From Styela clava (lineage: Eukaryota), in assembly GCF_964204865.1 (NCBI RefSeq), contig NC_135256.1, forward strand, positions 22,196,001 to 22,260,000: a DNA stretch of 64,000 nucleotides, given 5' to 3'. The position numbers and the translations under genes are program-made. This document shows, piece after piece, positions 36,680 through 49,739 of this stretch; the stretch's first letter is position 1; each line of letters opens with the position of its first letter. A model generated the notes under the pieces. That model was not told where the DNA came from and made no database searches. It worked only from the letters and a program-made list of their open reading frames with translations.

Positions 36680-37150
36680 TTCAGCTTTTTAGGTCTACAT
36701 CCACCTCATATTTCGCCGGGAAAAATTTGATGCAGGGTTCATTTCATGTTTTCTTTTAGTAACTTTCAACAATCTTTCGACGGACGAAATTTCATTCACT
36801 TCTTCAACTACTCCTCATTCCGTCTGCAAGTCTTAAGTGATTTCAACCACCCCATTCGGTCGAGAGTATTTCACTCACTTTTTCCTTTTCAGGTTCAGCC
36901 TTTTAGTGACTTCAATACCCACCTCCCTTTTAAACGAATATCATCCACTTTTTCTTTTTAAGCTCAGCCTTTTAGTGACTTCAAATACCTCTCTTTCCGT
37001 CGGTCAAAATTTCATCAACTTCGTCGTTTTATTATATAATCAACCACCCACCTTCCTTCGGTAGAGATTTCATTCACTTCCTTTTCGGGTACAGTCTTAT
37101 AGTGACTTCAGCCACCCCATTTTCCACCGGAAAAATTCCATCCACTTTCT
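36680..37150. repeat. Degenerate ~64-bp minisatellite (about 6-7 units)
   Basis: Recurrent ttcagccttttagtgacttca..cacc..ttcggt.ga..atttca.tcactt units. Confidence 0.7.
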
Positions 37151-37598
37151 TATGGTTTTACTTGTTTTAGTTTTGACATATTTATTACGAAAAATAAAAT
37201 ATTAAAGTCATTTTAAACAAAACAGGCAAAAAAAAACGTGATACTAAACAACTGCTCTAAAACAATTCAAACAAATATTACGACCTCCAAGCGCAATACA
37301 CATTACACACCCAAGTAATCCAAATTTTCATGTACTTGCCTTTATACGAGAACGTTACTTTTGTTTTGTTCTGAATGCGGGAAAACTAATTATTAGTAAT
37401 ACCATAGATCCGTAAAAAGCACATCAATAAACCTGTGATATGACAAAGTAGCAGCGACGCACTCAAGCAAGGTCAATTGTCTCAAAACAAGCGGGGGGTT
37501 GCGAAACTGATACGATGGAAATGGCGGTATTAGACACGTATTGGGGCGAAGCTAATACGATGGGAATGGAGGTATTAGACACGTATTGGGCCTATATT

Positions 37599-38935
37599 TA
37601 GACTTACCATAATTTCTTGGGCATAATCCGGGACAAACTCAAAACTATGAATGAAATAGCTGGACAAAAGGCCGAAGGCCTGAGCTTGGCAAATTTTATT
37701 CCATATTTATTTATATTTATAAGCTTTAATATTGCATAATAAAGTATTCTACTTAGATTGAATAAAAATTTTTATTACTTTATTTAAAGGAAAATACATG
37801 TTAATTTAAGCAACACCAAGTCACAAATCAGACATTTATATGAAAGAAAGTACAAACACTGAGAACAAAGAAATAACACCAATTCACAAATCAAACATTT
37901 ATACGGGGATGCATTCAGAAACCATTGGCTTTTGTGTTTGACCTTTTGTATTTTTCACTTGAATGAACTTTCCGCAGAAATTGTTTATTATTTCTTATTT
38001 TTGTGAAAAATTCGCAACAGCTCAAGCCAATATTGAGTATGCAAATCAATAAACCCGCTACTGTTGACTTCTTCATCGTATTCTTTTCATCTGTCCAAAT
38101 AGTCTTCATCCTATAAAAAGCTCTTTCAGCAAAAGCCGAAGTGCCTGGTAGATAAAATATATATTTCATTACTTTTCTAAGATTAGCCACAGATATATTT
38201 TGATTTTTAAAATGACGGAAAACCTTGACCCATTTTTCTTCACAATGTTTTTCTTTCCATTCAGCTCAGCAGATCTGGAGCAACTTGATACAACTCTGCT
38301 ACAGTTAAAACATAGATATTTCGCTTCTAATAATTACTAATTAACAGCAACTGCTGAACTCTCTCTAAATTACTACCTGTTCGGAACTATTTTTTGCAGT
38401 ATACCCTAATCAAAGTAGCCTTTCTAAACCACTTTAATTAGTGCTTATATGTAAAAAGAATCTATTCACCGTACTGTTAGCCTACTAAATTACTCTACAG
38501 AATTTCAAGTTCTAGATTACTTCCAGCAAATATGAATCAAACAAAACCAAATGAAAGTTATTATGCCTTCTCCAACTCCAAGCATACCTGAAATGGATTC
38601 TAATGCAGCAATTGCTGTAGTTACATTGAAGTCAATAGAATAATGACGCAAACGTTACTCATTATTCCCTAACTAGAGGATATTTCAAGCTATGCGCGAT
38701 ATTTTACTCAACATAATAAGCTAAAATAAATTAAGATATTAAAATAAGCCTTGAGTTAAAGTAAAGTTATGCCTCTTGGGACAAAATTATTTCATAATTT
38801 CGCGTCACGTCGGAGTAAATTTTGAAAATTTCATTGAAGTAAAATTCCGGGACATTTCGCTAACCGGGACGTGACACCGGGACAGACGTTTAAACCGGGG
38901 CTGTCCCGGCCAAACCGGGACGTATGGTAGGTCTA
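37599..38935 (-). mobile_element. Internally deleted hAT-Blackjack-like transposon with a C-terminal transposase remnant
   Basis: TIRs tagacttaccata / tatggtaggtcta (12/13); TSD cctatatt/cctataga; ORF 37915-38190 has LPGTSAFAERAF.RMKTIWTDEK (hAT dimerisation domain); ccgggac subterminal repeats. Confidence 0.85.
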
Positions 38936-39972
38936 CCTATAGATCGTTTCAATATTATGTTGTTAGAATTCTTTGTCATGTTCTTGTTGTTATGAAAATT
39001 TCTCTTCAACTACTAGACCAATTGCTTCGAAATTTCCAATGGTTAAAGATTGTATTTTTTGCTAGGAGGCTATCGCTTATATATATATTTCTAAATTTTA
39101 AATGAAATCCATGAGATTTGATATTTCATCCAAAATTTCACTGATTATTTTCTATTCGCGGGAATACATGCTTTAATCCGGCAAAATTGACGGCTGTCTT
39201 CCTTTTTGATTTTGCAAAATCTTTCTATGCGACAGTCGGAAATTTTCAGTACTGTACTGGTGCTAGTAAGTTACGATGGTCTACTCTAGACTTTCAGCTT
39301 TGTCCAAGATATGAGTTTGGGGAAATTGTGGGTAAAATATTTCGTTTTGGCTTTCGTGTCCATATATTTGAGCATTGCTCTCTTGGTATTTGTCCAACAG
39401 GACAAACCACTGTCTGGCATTCTTAGCCTAGCCCACTGTGAAATATTCATAACGTTGGCGAGTAGATGTGACCTTTCTAATCTTGACATGGAGTTGTGTG
39501 AAGCTTATGAGGAACAATGGACCTGGTTTCAGTGAGACATGCTCCAATGGGCATAACTTGACAGTGTTTCACCCATTGATTGAAATTATTCGTAACAGCA
39601 TAATCCCAAAGTAAAACAATGAATTTATTTCAAATTTAATAAAAAGAATTGAAAATATTTGACAACTAATTCTACAATAGCATTGCTTTTGATAGGTATG
39701 TTGCCAAAGTGGTTTTATGTTGTCAATGCGGAAATTTTGTATTAATAATTTATTGGAAAAGATCTGAAATATTTTGGCTTTCGAAAATATTAAATCTCCA
39801 AAATCGGAGTCTCACAGTTTTTTTAGATATTGATTTGTTGCTAATTTTAACGGGATATTTCGTCATAGATTGCCCCATTGTGCACAAGGGGAGTGTCCGA
39901 ATGTGCCCCACCCGCGATTTGAATCCGGTGTATATTAAAGATAGAAAATTTGTTATTAACGTTGGTTTGGAA

Positions 39973-42147
39973 TAGGCTTGCACGTAATTTACGGATTTAC
40001 GGAATTACGTAATTATTTTGAGTTACGGAAGGGAAGTTACGAATTCCGTAAAGTCGTAATTATTGCATTGAAACGAGCTTTCTTCAAAGCAGTCAATTTC
40101 GTCGATTGCGAAAAATGAAAGCTCAACAAGTAGAAGTTAGAGTTCCGGTATTCGCAGCCGTTTTTCTCTCTCTTGTTACGTAGGTGAAGGAGGGCATGAC
40201 GCGTTGCCATTCACTAACCTATTATCAACTTCTCTGGCATGGCCAATGTAAATTATTAACGTAGTTAAGGGGGAAGAACTGAGTAGGGCCGTTTGACGCC
40301 AACACTCCTGGTTTTAACTTCTCCCGTAACTTAACCGTAGATAAGGGATAGAATTGCGTTAAGACCGATTGACGCCAACACACCTGGTTTCAACTTCTCT
40401 CGCATCTTATCTAGCATGGCCATGGCCAATGTACATAATAACCGTAGATAGGGGGAAGAATTGTGTTAAGACCGATGGACGCTAACACGCCCGGTTTCAA
40501 CTTCTTCGGGTGAAATGACTAATGAACGCAGGAGATCAATCTTTCAAACATGGTCTATCAAACATTTGTATCCATTTTACTTTTATTTATTATTTACTTG
40601 TTCCAGTTTTCCGTTACTTATGGTATATATGTTCCGTTTCTATTTTATTTTATAGTCACGCGTTTAAATAGTGGGAATTCCCCACCAAGTGTGGATTAGC
40701 AATGCTTAACCATTCTTTGATGTTAATATCAACACTTGATATATGAACATGGAATATCATACTGTTTTTGGCTGTTTTATTTCAGACTTGGGGTATAAAC
40801 AAGAAAATATCCATAACCGTTCAACACGACGATTTTGTGAAATTTAACGAAGAGCTTTCGCGACGAATTGGAACCAAATAAGCCAAAAGAGCCATTGATC
40901 ACTCGCGCCAATACCTCGCCGTGATAATTAATGTCGCGCTTATCAAATCGCAATATGACGACAAAAGAGAGATTGCGTAATGAACCAACGCAACTTCGTC
41001 TTCTCGGCATCGGTAAAGCGATTGAGACGGCAGAGAAACAGCAAAACGACGGATTCCTCGCGGACCGCAAAAAAATTTAACTGCTATCATATATAATCAA
41101 ATATGAGCCAGTGTGTTTATTCTGTGCGAGATCCATTTGCTATTACAAAATCTTGATGTTCTGTTAACGGTTTTATCGTTATATATCAGTCCGGACTTGG
41201 TCTTGCGCATGATGTTTTTCACAATTCCTCTCAATATTTCGGCCATATATGATTAACTGTCTTACCAAATGCGGCAACTTATTTTGATTTATCGTCTACC
41301 TGAATACCACCGGCACTCGACACCAAACTTGTGTCAATCTTGGCCGATAGGATCGCCGACTTGAGTTAGCAAATAAATGTCGTGGGTGTGAAATAAATGT
41401 CACAAAATGCATTGTTTTGCGATATAACTTTTGTATTTTCGGAGAAGGCATATCATATAAGTTCGATATTTAAATTATACTCAAATAAATAATATTTAAT
41501 CTAAATTTATCGCAAATAATGTTTTAAACATTCAGTCCGCGAAATGATTAAATGTAAAATGAAGCATGGTAATCGGAATATCGTCAATAAGTCGACATCA
41601 ATAATTATTATTATAAAATGCTAACAAGGCAGTAATGTCGGATAATGCAGAAGAAGCTGCAAAAACAAGTCTTCGTCGCGAGGAAATCGCAAGTATAATC
41701 AAATGAGTGAATACGCTCGTCGTTGGTTAATAAATTAGAAACCCTTAATTTTTATTCAGTACTAAGGTGGTTTTAAAAAACTATCGTTTCCATAAATAAC
41801 CGTATACCAGTGTCGGTAATGATAAAATAAAATTGATCGCATAAAAATCGGACGGTTAATTTGCGAAGGTGATAAAGGAAAACCAAAGCTAACACAAAAG
41901 ATAAAAATCAGAATAAAATTAATTTGAATTCACTCCTTGATATTTGTCTTTAACATCTGCCGATGGCGTGTAGTACTGCCAAGAATATGAAAACCCAACT
42001 TCAATGTCCCATTCGGAAAAGAAGTGGATTCCATTGGTTGTTATGATAGGTTTGAATGCGTGGAAAAATATCGCAATTACGGGGTCATTACGTAATTGAT
42101 TTTGCCGTAATTACGGAATTGATTTTTGTCAATTACGTGCAAGCCTA
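39973..42147. mobile_element. Young non-autonomous hAT-type element, 2175 bp
   Basis: Perfect 17-bp TIRs taggcttgcacgtaatt / aattacgtgcaagccta; perfect 8-bp TSD gtttggaa; subterminal ttacg repeats; internal 3-unit tandem repeat at 40235-40505. Confidence 0.92.
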
Positions 42148-42391
42148 GTTTGGAATACAGTGTTTTTTCCACTGCTGCGATGAGGTTTTTCTCCAAGTAT
42201 CCCAAAGGTAAAAATACCACAAAACAAGTCATTTGATACGGCATGTTAATCTCCAAGCACCTCAGACATGCATCAAGGTTTGATGTACAAATGGAACAAG
42301 ATTTTTATATAAAAAAAATCCTAAAACGGAAAAAAAAAGTTAAATTACGTTTTAAGGCATTGACAGATGTATTTTTCTTTTTTTAATATGT

Positions 42392-45300
42392 TTAGCGTTT
42401 CTCGCTAATATTGGAATTTGGAAATGACTTTGACATGAGAACGGATGCAAGGGCGGATGCAACCCTTTCGTGAATAGCACCTACGGCTCTATTCTTGTTG
42501 CTATGATCCGAATTCCCTTCAAATAAATCTACTTTGCCAGAGGATATGCTTCCCCTGTTTGGTCTTGGTTTTCGTTTTTCTAAACTGCCGTACACCATAT
42601 CTCGAACCATAGTGTTCATTTTGGTTTCTAATGCTGGATCTATGTCGGAAAGACTGCTAGTAGTCAAACGATGTTGCAGATGGCGCCTATTTAGAGATGA
42701 GTTCCCGTTAGATTTAATCACTTCCCTTGCCAGCTGTGATGGCTGCTGCGGTCCTGAATATCGTGTGACAAACTGGTCCATTCTTGAGGCATTTCCAAAA
42801 CTTCTTTCAAAGAAGTGCTTTTCACGCAAACGAGGTATAAACGGGCCGTTGGGTGAATTTGCAGACGAATGTTTTTTCCGTCCTTCAATGCGTTTCCTTG
42901 TAGGTATATCACCTGTATAAATTCATATTCATTATTTTTTAAATACTCATACGTCTCATGATTTACAGTAGCCTACATAGAGTGATAGATCACCCTGTTC
43001 ATATCACCGTGTTTAGGATGACGTCATAAATAATGCACATTTCCACGCCACATTTTCATCACCATCACCTGAATACAGTATTGTTCGGAATTCTAAATAG
43101 TGCTCCTAGTATTATTTCACGAAAAAAATTATATATTTTTAATTACCTGCTGTTTGATGTGATAGTTGATACCTTGATCCATGGTAGTACGAGTTATTAG
43201 GTTCATGCCAATACGTCGGTTTATTATTCTGTCGGCGTACCGTGGGGAGGTTGGACACCATCTGCATATTAATAATTGAATCGGTTTTCATAAGTTAGCG
43301 AAATTCTCGAGGTGTGCGTTTGGTAAATCCAAGCTCAATTACTTTATAAATAATAAATATATATAAAAGTAAGCTAAAACTTCCCTTTACACACAAGTTT
43401 ATCCTTATTAGGTGGTATAGGCTAGAAATTTCAAGCTTACTTGTAGACATAAAAAAAATCGATCGTTGCAGATTTTTCGGATAAGTAAAACTCATTTATG
43501 AGATTCCTAAATAAAATTTATGTTAGTTAATCAGAACCATTTTTTTGAAATAATATTTTCTGAATCCCACAAATGAAATATAGTAACACTAACGTGACTA
43601 ACTGTACGTAAACCGATCATACATTTTGCCATGAAAATAATTCTTTTCCAAAATGATTCCGATATTATTTCTTGCGTTCCACATTTTACAATGGAATACC
43701 AACGAAGGGGAAAACCAATTACGAAAGAACAAAGACGTTTTGGGAACACAAAATCGTGTTTTTAAAAACACTTATTCATAATTTTACTGACATTTTATTC
43801 TTACCTGATCATCTCCTCTCCAAATCCTTGAAGAATGTGGTAACTGCGCATACAACTCGTCATCGGAGCTGGAAACGCTCGTAGTGTCACTGTCCGAGAC
43901 GGATGGATGGTAATATATACCAGAAGTGTTTCTTGAATTATGTCTTTCACGACGACCGAGTTCGCCAATTCGAATATGTCTTTCTTCTGACAAATCTGCA
44001 TCCGTATAAGGATCAAATCCGTACGTAGATGGTGGCGTTAATTTGCGTCTCGATTTATTTCTTCTTGAACGGCTCGGAACGTACCGTCCATATCTGTCGT
44101 ACGCAGAATCTGCAGGATCATATTTTGTACGCCCAATAGGGGAAGACAGTGAAAAATTATTTAACTGACTGCTCCAAAACATTGGTTTATATTGTCGCCT
44201 TTTTGTATATCGTCGCCTTTCTTCGCGTGTGGATGGTGTAACCGAATTTTGTAAAGCTTTTCTAAAGTTCATGTCGTTACGCACTCTAAGTTTTCGATAT
44301 TCCGCATCATATCGAGAAGAAGACAGTCCAAAGTCTCGTTGACCAAAGCCCGTGAACGAACTGCTTTTCAAACCCTTTGCCTTCAACCTAGTAAGAACGC
44401 CTTTATTTTTTTTATACTCATCATTGTTTTCCCCCGGAGGAGAATAGCCGTCTTCTTCTTCACTTGCGTGAACACTCGACGTGGTGATACTTTTTGATGA
44501 CACGCTTGAAGACGAACTCGCTTTTTGACTTTCCGAATCGTTCTTACTGGTTCTACGACTTGACTTTTTTGATGAACTATCTTCTTCTGTGCTATCATCA
44601 TTCTTTCTGTATTTTCGTGGTAACGTTGGTAGTACTTTTATACTCGATGCAGCACCCATTAAATATGATGGCTCAATACCTGCACTTGTTGTCAAATCCA
44701 GTTTTCCATGTTCCGATTTGACGTTAGTAGAACGGTCACTGCTCTGTCGATCAACCCCAATGATACTGTTCCGTTGAACAATACGTTCTGACAACGGAAT
44801 AATAATTCAATCAATCAGTGAACTGCATCCTTTCAGAGGGGAGGTTGTACGTGAATAAATAATAGGAATCACGTAACAAAGTATAGGACATGTGACTGAT
44901 CGATTTTATTTACTAATAAAAATATTACACACATAAAGAACTCTTCATTTGATGCAGAAATTGGATAAATTTTAATAGAAAAAAATACCTTCAAACCTTT
45001 ATTAAAACTGAAATTTGCTTCAGCTGTTTGCGGAGTCATATTTTAAACACCTAAATATTTTATGAGAAATTCGATTGAATGCGTTAACAACACCCCAGGT
45101 CTAGGAAATACATGCCTGTGCTAGAAGGAAAACTACGTTGTTATATTGCAATCCTCTATTTGCTGTGAAGATAATTGTACTCAAAATAAAAAAACAGCTG
45201 ATCATGTATACTTCAAGTGGTTGCTTTTACATGGCCAAAGCGATGACAAATCACAGTATATAAAAACAATTCCCATTGTTTCAATAAAATCCTACCTGTA

Positions 45301-47631
45301 TAATTAATCGGTATCGGTATGTCTGTGGAAACCATTATATCCTGATCTGGTTCTTCTTCTAAGGGAATACTTCGATTTCGGAAACTGAAACATAGCAAGT
45401 ATCGAAATAAATTCAATAGCTTACAAGTTAAAAATTAAAATGGGATACGATTTTATATTTAACTCGGACAAGGCATCAGGTGGTAAATTTCAGCTCTCCG
45501 TCCGGTGATTTCATTCCCGATGATCCGAGTACTAAAATATTATTATTTTACTTTTATTCTTTTTTAGCGACTCGGACGGAGTTAACCGTAAAAAACTAAC
45601 TAAATTGGACAAGTACATAGCCTACATGGGGGATTGTTCTTCTTCCTTTTCTTCAGTTTCGTCGTCAGATATGAGGATTTCGAGATCACGCAACCAATTC
45701 ATAATCACTTTTGGTCTTGGTTTAGGATACTGTAATATGAATATGAAGTTTTTTTTCATTATATATAGTAAAATGACTGTTCAATCTAGTGACTGACTGT
45801 TGTATTGAGAATCAAGACTGCTATGAGCATTATTACATATTTGTAATTATTGTTGCAAATGTAGTTTAAGTATTACCTTTGAATTTGTCCATCTGTTATC
45901 AATCGAGTGCGACGGAGACACTGAAGAACTATGATCTGGAGTGAATATACATTAGAATGAATAAATCATACATCTGATATGAAGTTTCGTGTTTCAGTTG
46001 ATATTACAGTCTTACGTTTGTGTAATACGATGAGCATTTATAAATCGCAATATAAAAAATATTTCTCGTAGTTTTATACAACTAATCAAAGATATTTTGA
46101 TTTATTTAATTTTGTATTTGTTTCGAAACATGAAGATGAAAATCACACGACCCACTCTCAATCAATCATTTTAACATCTCACCGTCTGTTATTTTAATCG
46201 TTGACTTACCGTGATATATTCTCAAGTGCGTATCATCGTCATGATTTAAACTGAAAACACAAAACAAATAAAAAACAGTAAGATATTTCATATTTACGGT
46301 TTGAAAATATCCAACCAGTTTACAGAAGAAGTGAGGTTTTACATTGGTCGACAAGGGAAGCCAAAACGCAAACTCAAATAACGCATTGTCAACATTATGT
46401 TTTGGTAACTGATGCCTCATAAAATTGAATTTACTAATATCCACTAAATTTCTTTTTCACTTCTGGTCTGAATATGAAATGAACCTGAAATTTGGCTTAG
46501 GTGCCGTGCGTCTAATAGAAATAATTATTTTATGGTTTGATACAGAGCAGTTGGTAGAAAATAATATTTTTAGTTTGACTGTTCCGTATATAAATTTTGA
46601 AAATTATTCTTCTTTACTTTGTCATCGATTCTATTCTTTGCTGATCCTTCAGCCAATTGAGATGATCTTTCTCTCCGTTAAAAGACAACTTCACCCAGTT
46701 ATTTTCCGATGGAGCAGCTGAGCCTCTTCTAGATGCCTGGTAAGACTGAATCATTTCACTTGTCGTGGGAAGAATAACTGCATCTCTTCTGTGGGCATTC
46801 GATTCCAGAAGAGCGCTGACCTTAAAACATGTGCAATTTTGCTTTTCGACAAGTATACTTAGCATAATATATATATGTATATTGATTCAGTGCGAAATCG
46901 AAGGATGGTACGGGAGGGGTCGAACTTATTTTTAACCTATTACTTGGAAAAATTAAAAATTATTCGATTGTAGCGGCACTTAGTTGAAATCAAGATTTTT
47001 CAAGTTACTAAGTTCTGCTAAGCAGTGACTGTTCGACAATTAATGTCAAAACCACTGTTTGTTGGATAATTCTACCATGCAATAAGTGCGACTTTGATTT
47101 TTGTTCAAAGTTGAAACAATGACTCGACTTGGTCACATGCCTCAGCTTGACTTTAGTCAATGTTGGAAATTTTTAAAAGAATTCAGTCAGCTTGGATTCT
47201 ATTCTCAGTATTATAGGTAAGTGAATTTTATGATAGTTCTTCCGCAGTGCTGTGCCCAATTGCATTGTCTCTGGTCTAATGACTTGTATCGAAAAATGGC
47301 ATGCGACCAAGCTTTGAGTTGCTATTTTAAATTAATGGACTTGGATCAACTTTTAGCATAGTTAACTAAAGGCAATTGCGTTTTATGGTTAACTGAACAC
47401 AGTAATTGATAACTTGTTACCAACTTACCGTATTTTCAATAGTCTACAACGAATCAATGACCATACTATTGTATATTAATTTTGGTAATGTTAGTTTTTC
47501 ATATTTATAAATCAACTTACCTTCCGTCCGAGATCTTCTTCTGCCCATTTAGAAGCAGCATTCTGATTTTTCCACTGTTTTTTCTTTCTATACTGAGCAC
47601 TATTTTGATTACGACTTGCCGTGTGCCCCAT
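42392..47631 (-). CDS. Uncharacterised Ser/Arg-rich, probably disordered protein (~741-746 aa); exons 47631-47521, (47443-47429), 46820-46618, 46250-46210, 45935-45877, 45729-45626, 45384-45296, 44787-43805, 43261-43147, 42912-42392
   Basis: Every intron is GT-AG and all phases chain into one open frame that joins track ORFs 46614-46865, 46166-46444, 45213-45416, 43784-44794 and 42392-42829. No domain recognised; the start codon is less certain. Confidence 0.8.
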
Positions 47632-48399
47632 TGAATGCTTTGCTAAGTGTAATCTTTGCTTTCCACTTATAAGATTTATACGAGGCTACGTTATCTAGAC
47701 GCGTTGAACGCAGATTGGAAAAACAAACTTTGAAACGTTCGATGAATTATTCATCCTGGCTGCAGCCTTAGGAACCAATACGTGTTCTCGAAACAAAAAC
47801 ATGCTAAATTTCAAACCATATTTCTGTCTTTGAGGCGTAACCAATTTGACTAGTTATATAAACTTCAAAAAGAAAACAACCCTATGAAATATGAGTAATA
47901 TGATAGGTGACACAATTACAGGTCCACATTAATTTTGCATGAGTTTAACCTCGCTGTCATCAGGTGATTAAAATAGTCAAAGTCTCACGTTTCCTGTCCA
48001 TTGACAGGAGTTGGAAACGTACTAATTGTTAGAGATATTAGAATGCACAACATAGCAGCGCATCCTGTATTTTTACGTATTCGCTTTGAACAACGCTTTT
48101 GAGAATCAGACACTTCCATGGCAAAATTTATTGGATTTGAAAGTATGCGAATTTTGGGCGTATGTTGTCCCTCTTTTTCGTGTTACCTTATGAAAATAAA
48201 TCGCTTTTCTTATTCACTAATGTAACAATTGCTACGCAAAAATTTGTTTTGAATTTCGTGTCCATCCGTACAGGAGAAGCTGACCATGGAGGAGTCCAGA
48301 CCATATATATAGCATTAATTGTTGCTGCGTGAGCGGCCATTTTCTTTTGTCCGGTTACGTCGGGGCTAGTCAAAACTTCACTGCATGGAACAATATGAA

Positions 48400-48900
48400 A
48401 CGTCCAACTTGCGCCATGTGCCTCACCCAGCACCCAGTTGTAGAAAAGCAAATAATTATCAGAAAAGCCAAAAAAGAATATGGTATTCCGCTTGTGACCG
48501 TCATTAGATATGTTAAAAAGTACGAGGTGAATTCTGATGGTGAACACGCGGGTGCAGAAAAAATGCGATGATCAATGCTGAATTGACCTCAGATGGGGAA
48601 TTATGTTTATGTCTATTCACGACACCTCTGGCGACAGCAAGGAAGACACGGGGAAAAGGTGAAATCATTCGAGGAGGGTGATTTTGTTGTAGTCCGATTT
48701 CGATTGATCACGCACTATGTTGGGAAAACTTTGGAAGTTTCTGGTACGAGCGACGCAGAAACCATAAAGTTGAAAACAAGATTTTTGAGACGAGTAGATA
48801 TGAGAAAAACCAAAGCCAAACCCATGTGAAGAAAAGGACTTTTTGCATCGAAAAGATGAAGTAGAAATGAAGCTCCCTGCGCATAGGTGGAACTACCAGG
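48400..48900 (+). pseudogene. Probable pogo/Tigger-like transposase relic (psq-type HTH plus C-terminal fragment, DDE core missing)
   Basis: VVEKQIIIRKAKKEYGIPLVTVIRYVKK resembles HTH_psq; EGDFVVVRF..HYVGK...FLRR resembles C-termini of invertebrate pogo-like transposases (recognised from memory). Confidence 0.45.
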
Positions 48901-49254
48901 TGTGCTGAAAAAGCATTATATATATTCGTTCATTCGAGATCCAATTTTAAGCAAACGCAATACGGAACGTTACAGGTTACCGTTAGGCGGGGCAAGTACG
49001 TAGGGCGCGAAAATTGTTGTGATGCGTTATATGACTGCGGTATTCGCAGAAATATTTACCAAAAAAGTAGTCAGCTGTTTCATCTATCACTAAGGACGCC
49101 AAGTATGAATATTACAAGTATTTGATTCCTAAACTTCCGAATCTTCATTCCTCGACACACCTAAGCAATACCATATGAAATTGAACATTTTTCAACTTCA
49201 ATTTCAAACATTTGAGTGTTTGTATTTTCTTGTCATATATTTCGCCACCGTGTG

Positions 49255-49739
49255 CAGTGCAGGTTCCCAAAAGGTGCGCCGTGACGAGTTGCTAGGCGCA
49301 CCGCGAAAATTAACATAATTGTGATGAACATAATTGAAATATAATTGAATATTCTACGAATTGTATTTATTTTAAATGTTTAATTGTTTCTTCTTCCAAA
49401 TGCTGTGTATATGAATCAATAAATTAATTTCACCTTTCTATGTCGTTTATTTTTTGTCTGCCGCTGTTGTTACGTAACAATATGGGTAACCACTTTTTGC
49501 TGGAATTAGGTGATCTGCAGTCCATTTATCTGCTGAGTTTAGCGAACACGAGTGATTTTTTTTAGCATTTGATATTGCATAGGCCCACATGTGTACAAAC
49601 TCTTAAAGGCACAAAGTACGCACTAACGATCACAAAATTGAGTTTTGTTTGAAAGCAGCATTTTTTTCGTGTAAGTGCGCCGTGAGTTTTTCTCCCTGGT
49701 AATATAGCGCCTCTAGAACAAAAAGTTTGGGAACCGCTG
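49255..49739. mobile_element. hAT-Charlie-like MITE (degenerate left end)
   Basis: ggttcccaaa..gtgcgccg at the left and aaaagtttgggaaccgctg at the right; no clear TSD. Confidence 0.6.

Noticed and set aside
36680-40505. Repeat arrays at 36680-37150 and 40235-40505 as CRISPR-like arrays
   Set aside because: Eukaryotic context, degenerate full-unit tandem repeats without unique spacers, and no cas genes.
42994-43068. AG/GT-bounded segment in the last intron of the orphan gene
   Set aside because: Stops in all three frames; the flanking exons already join in phase without it.
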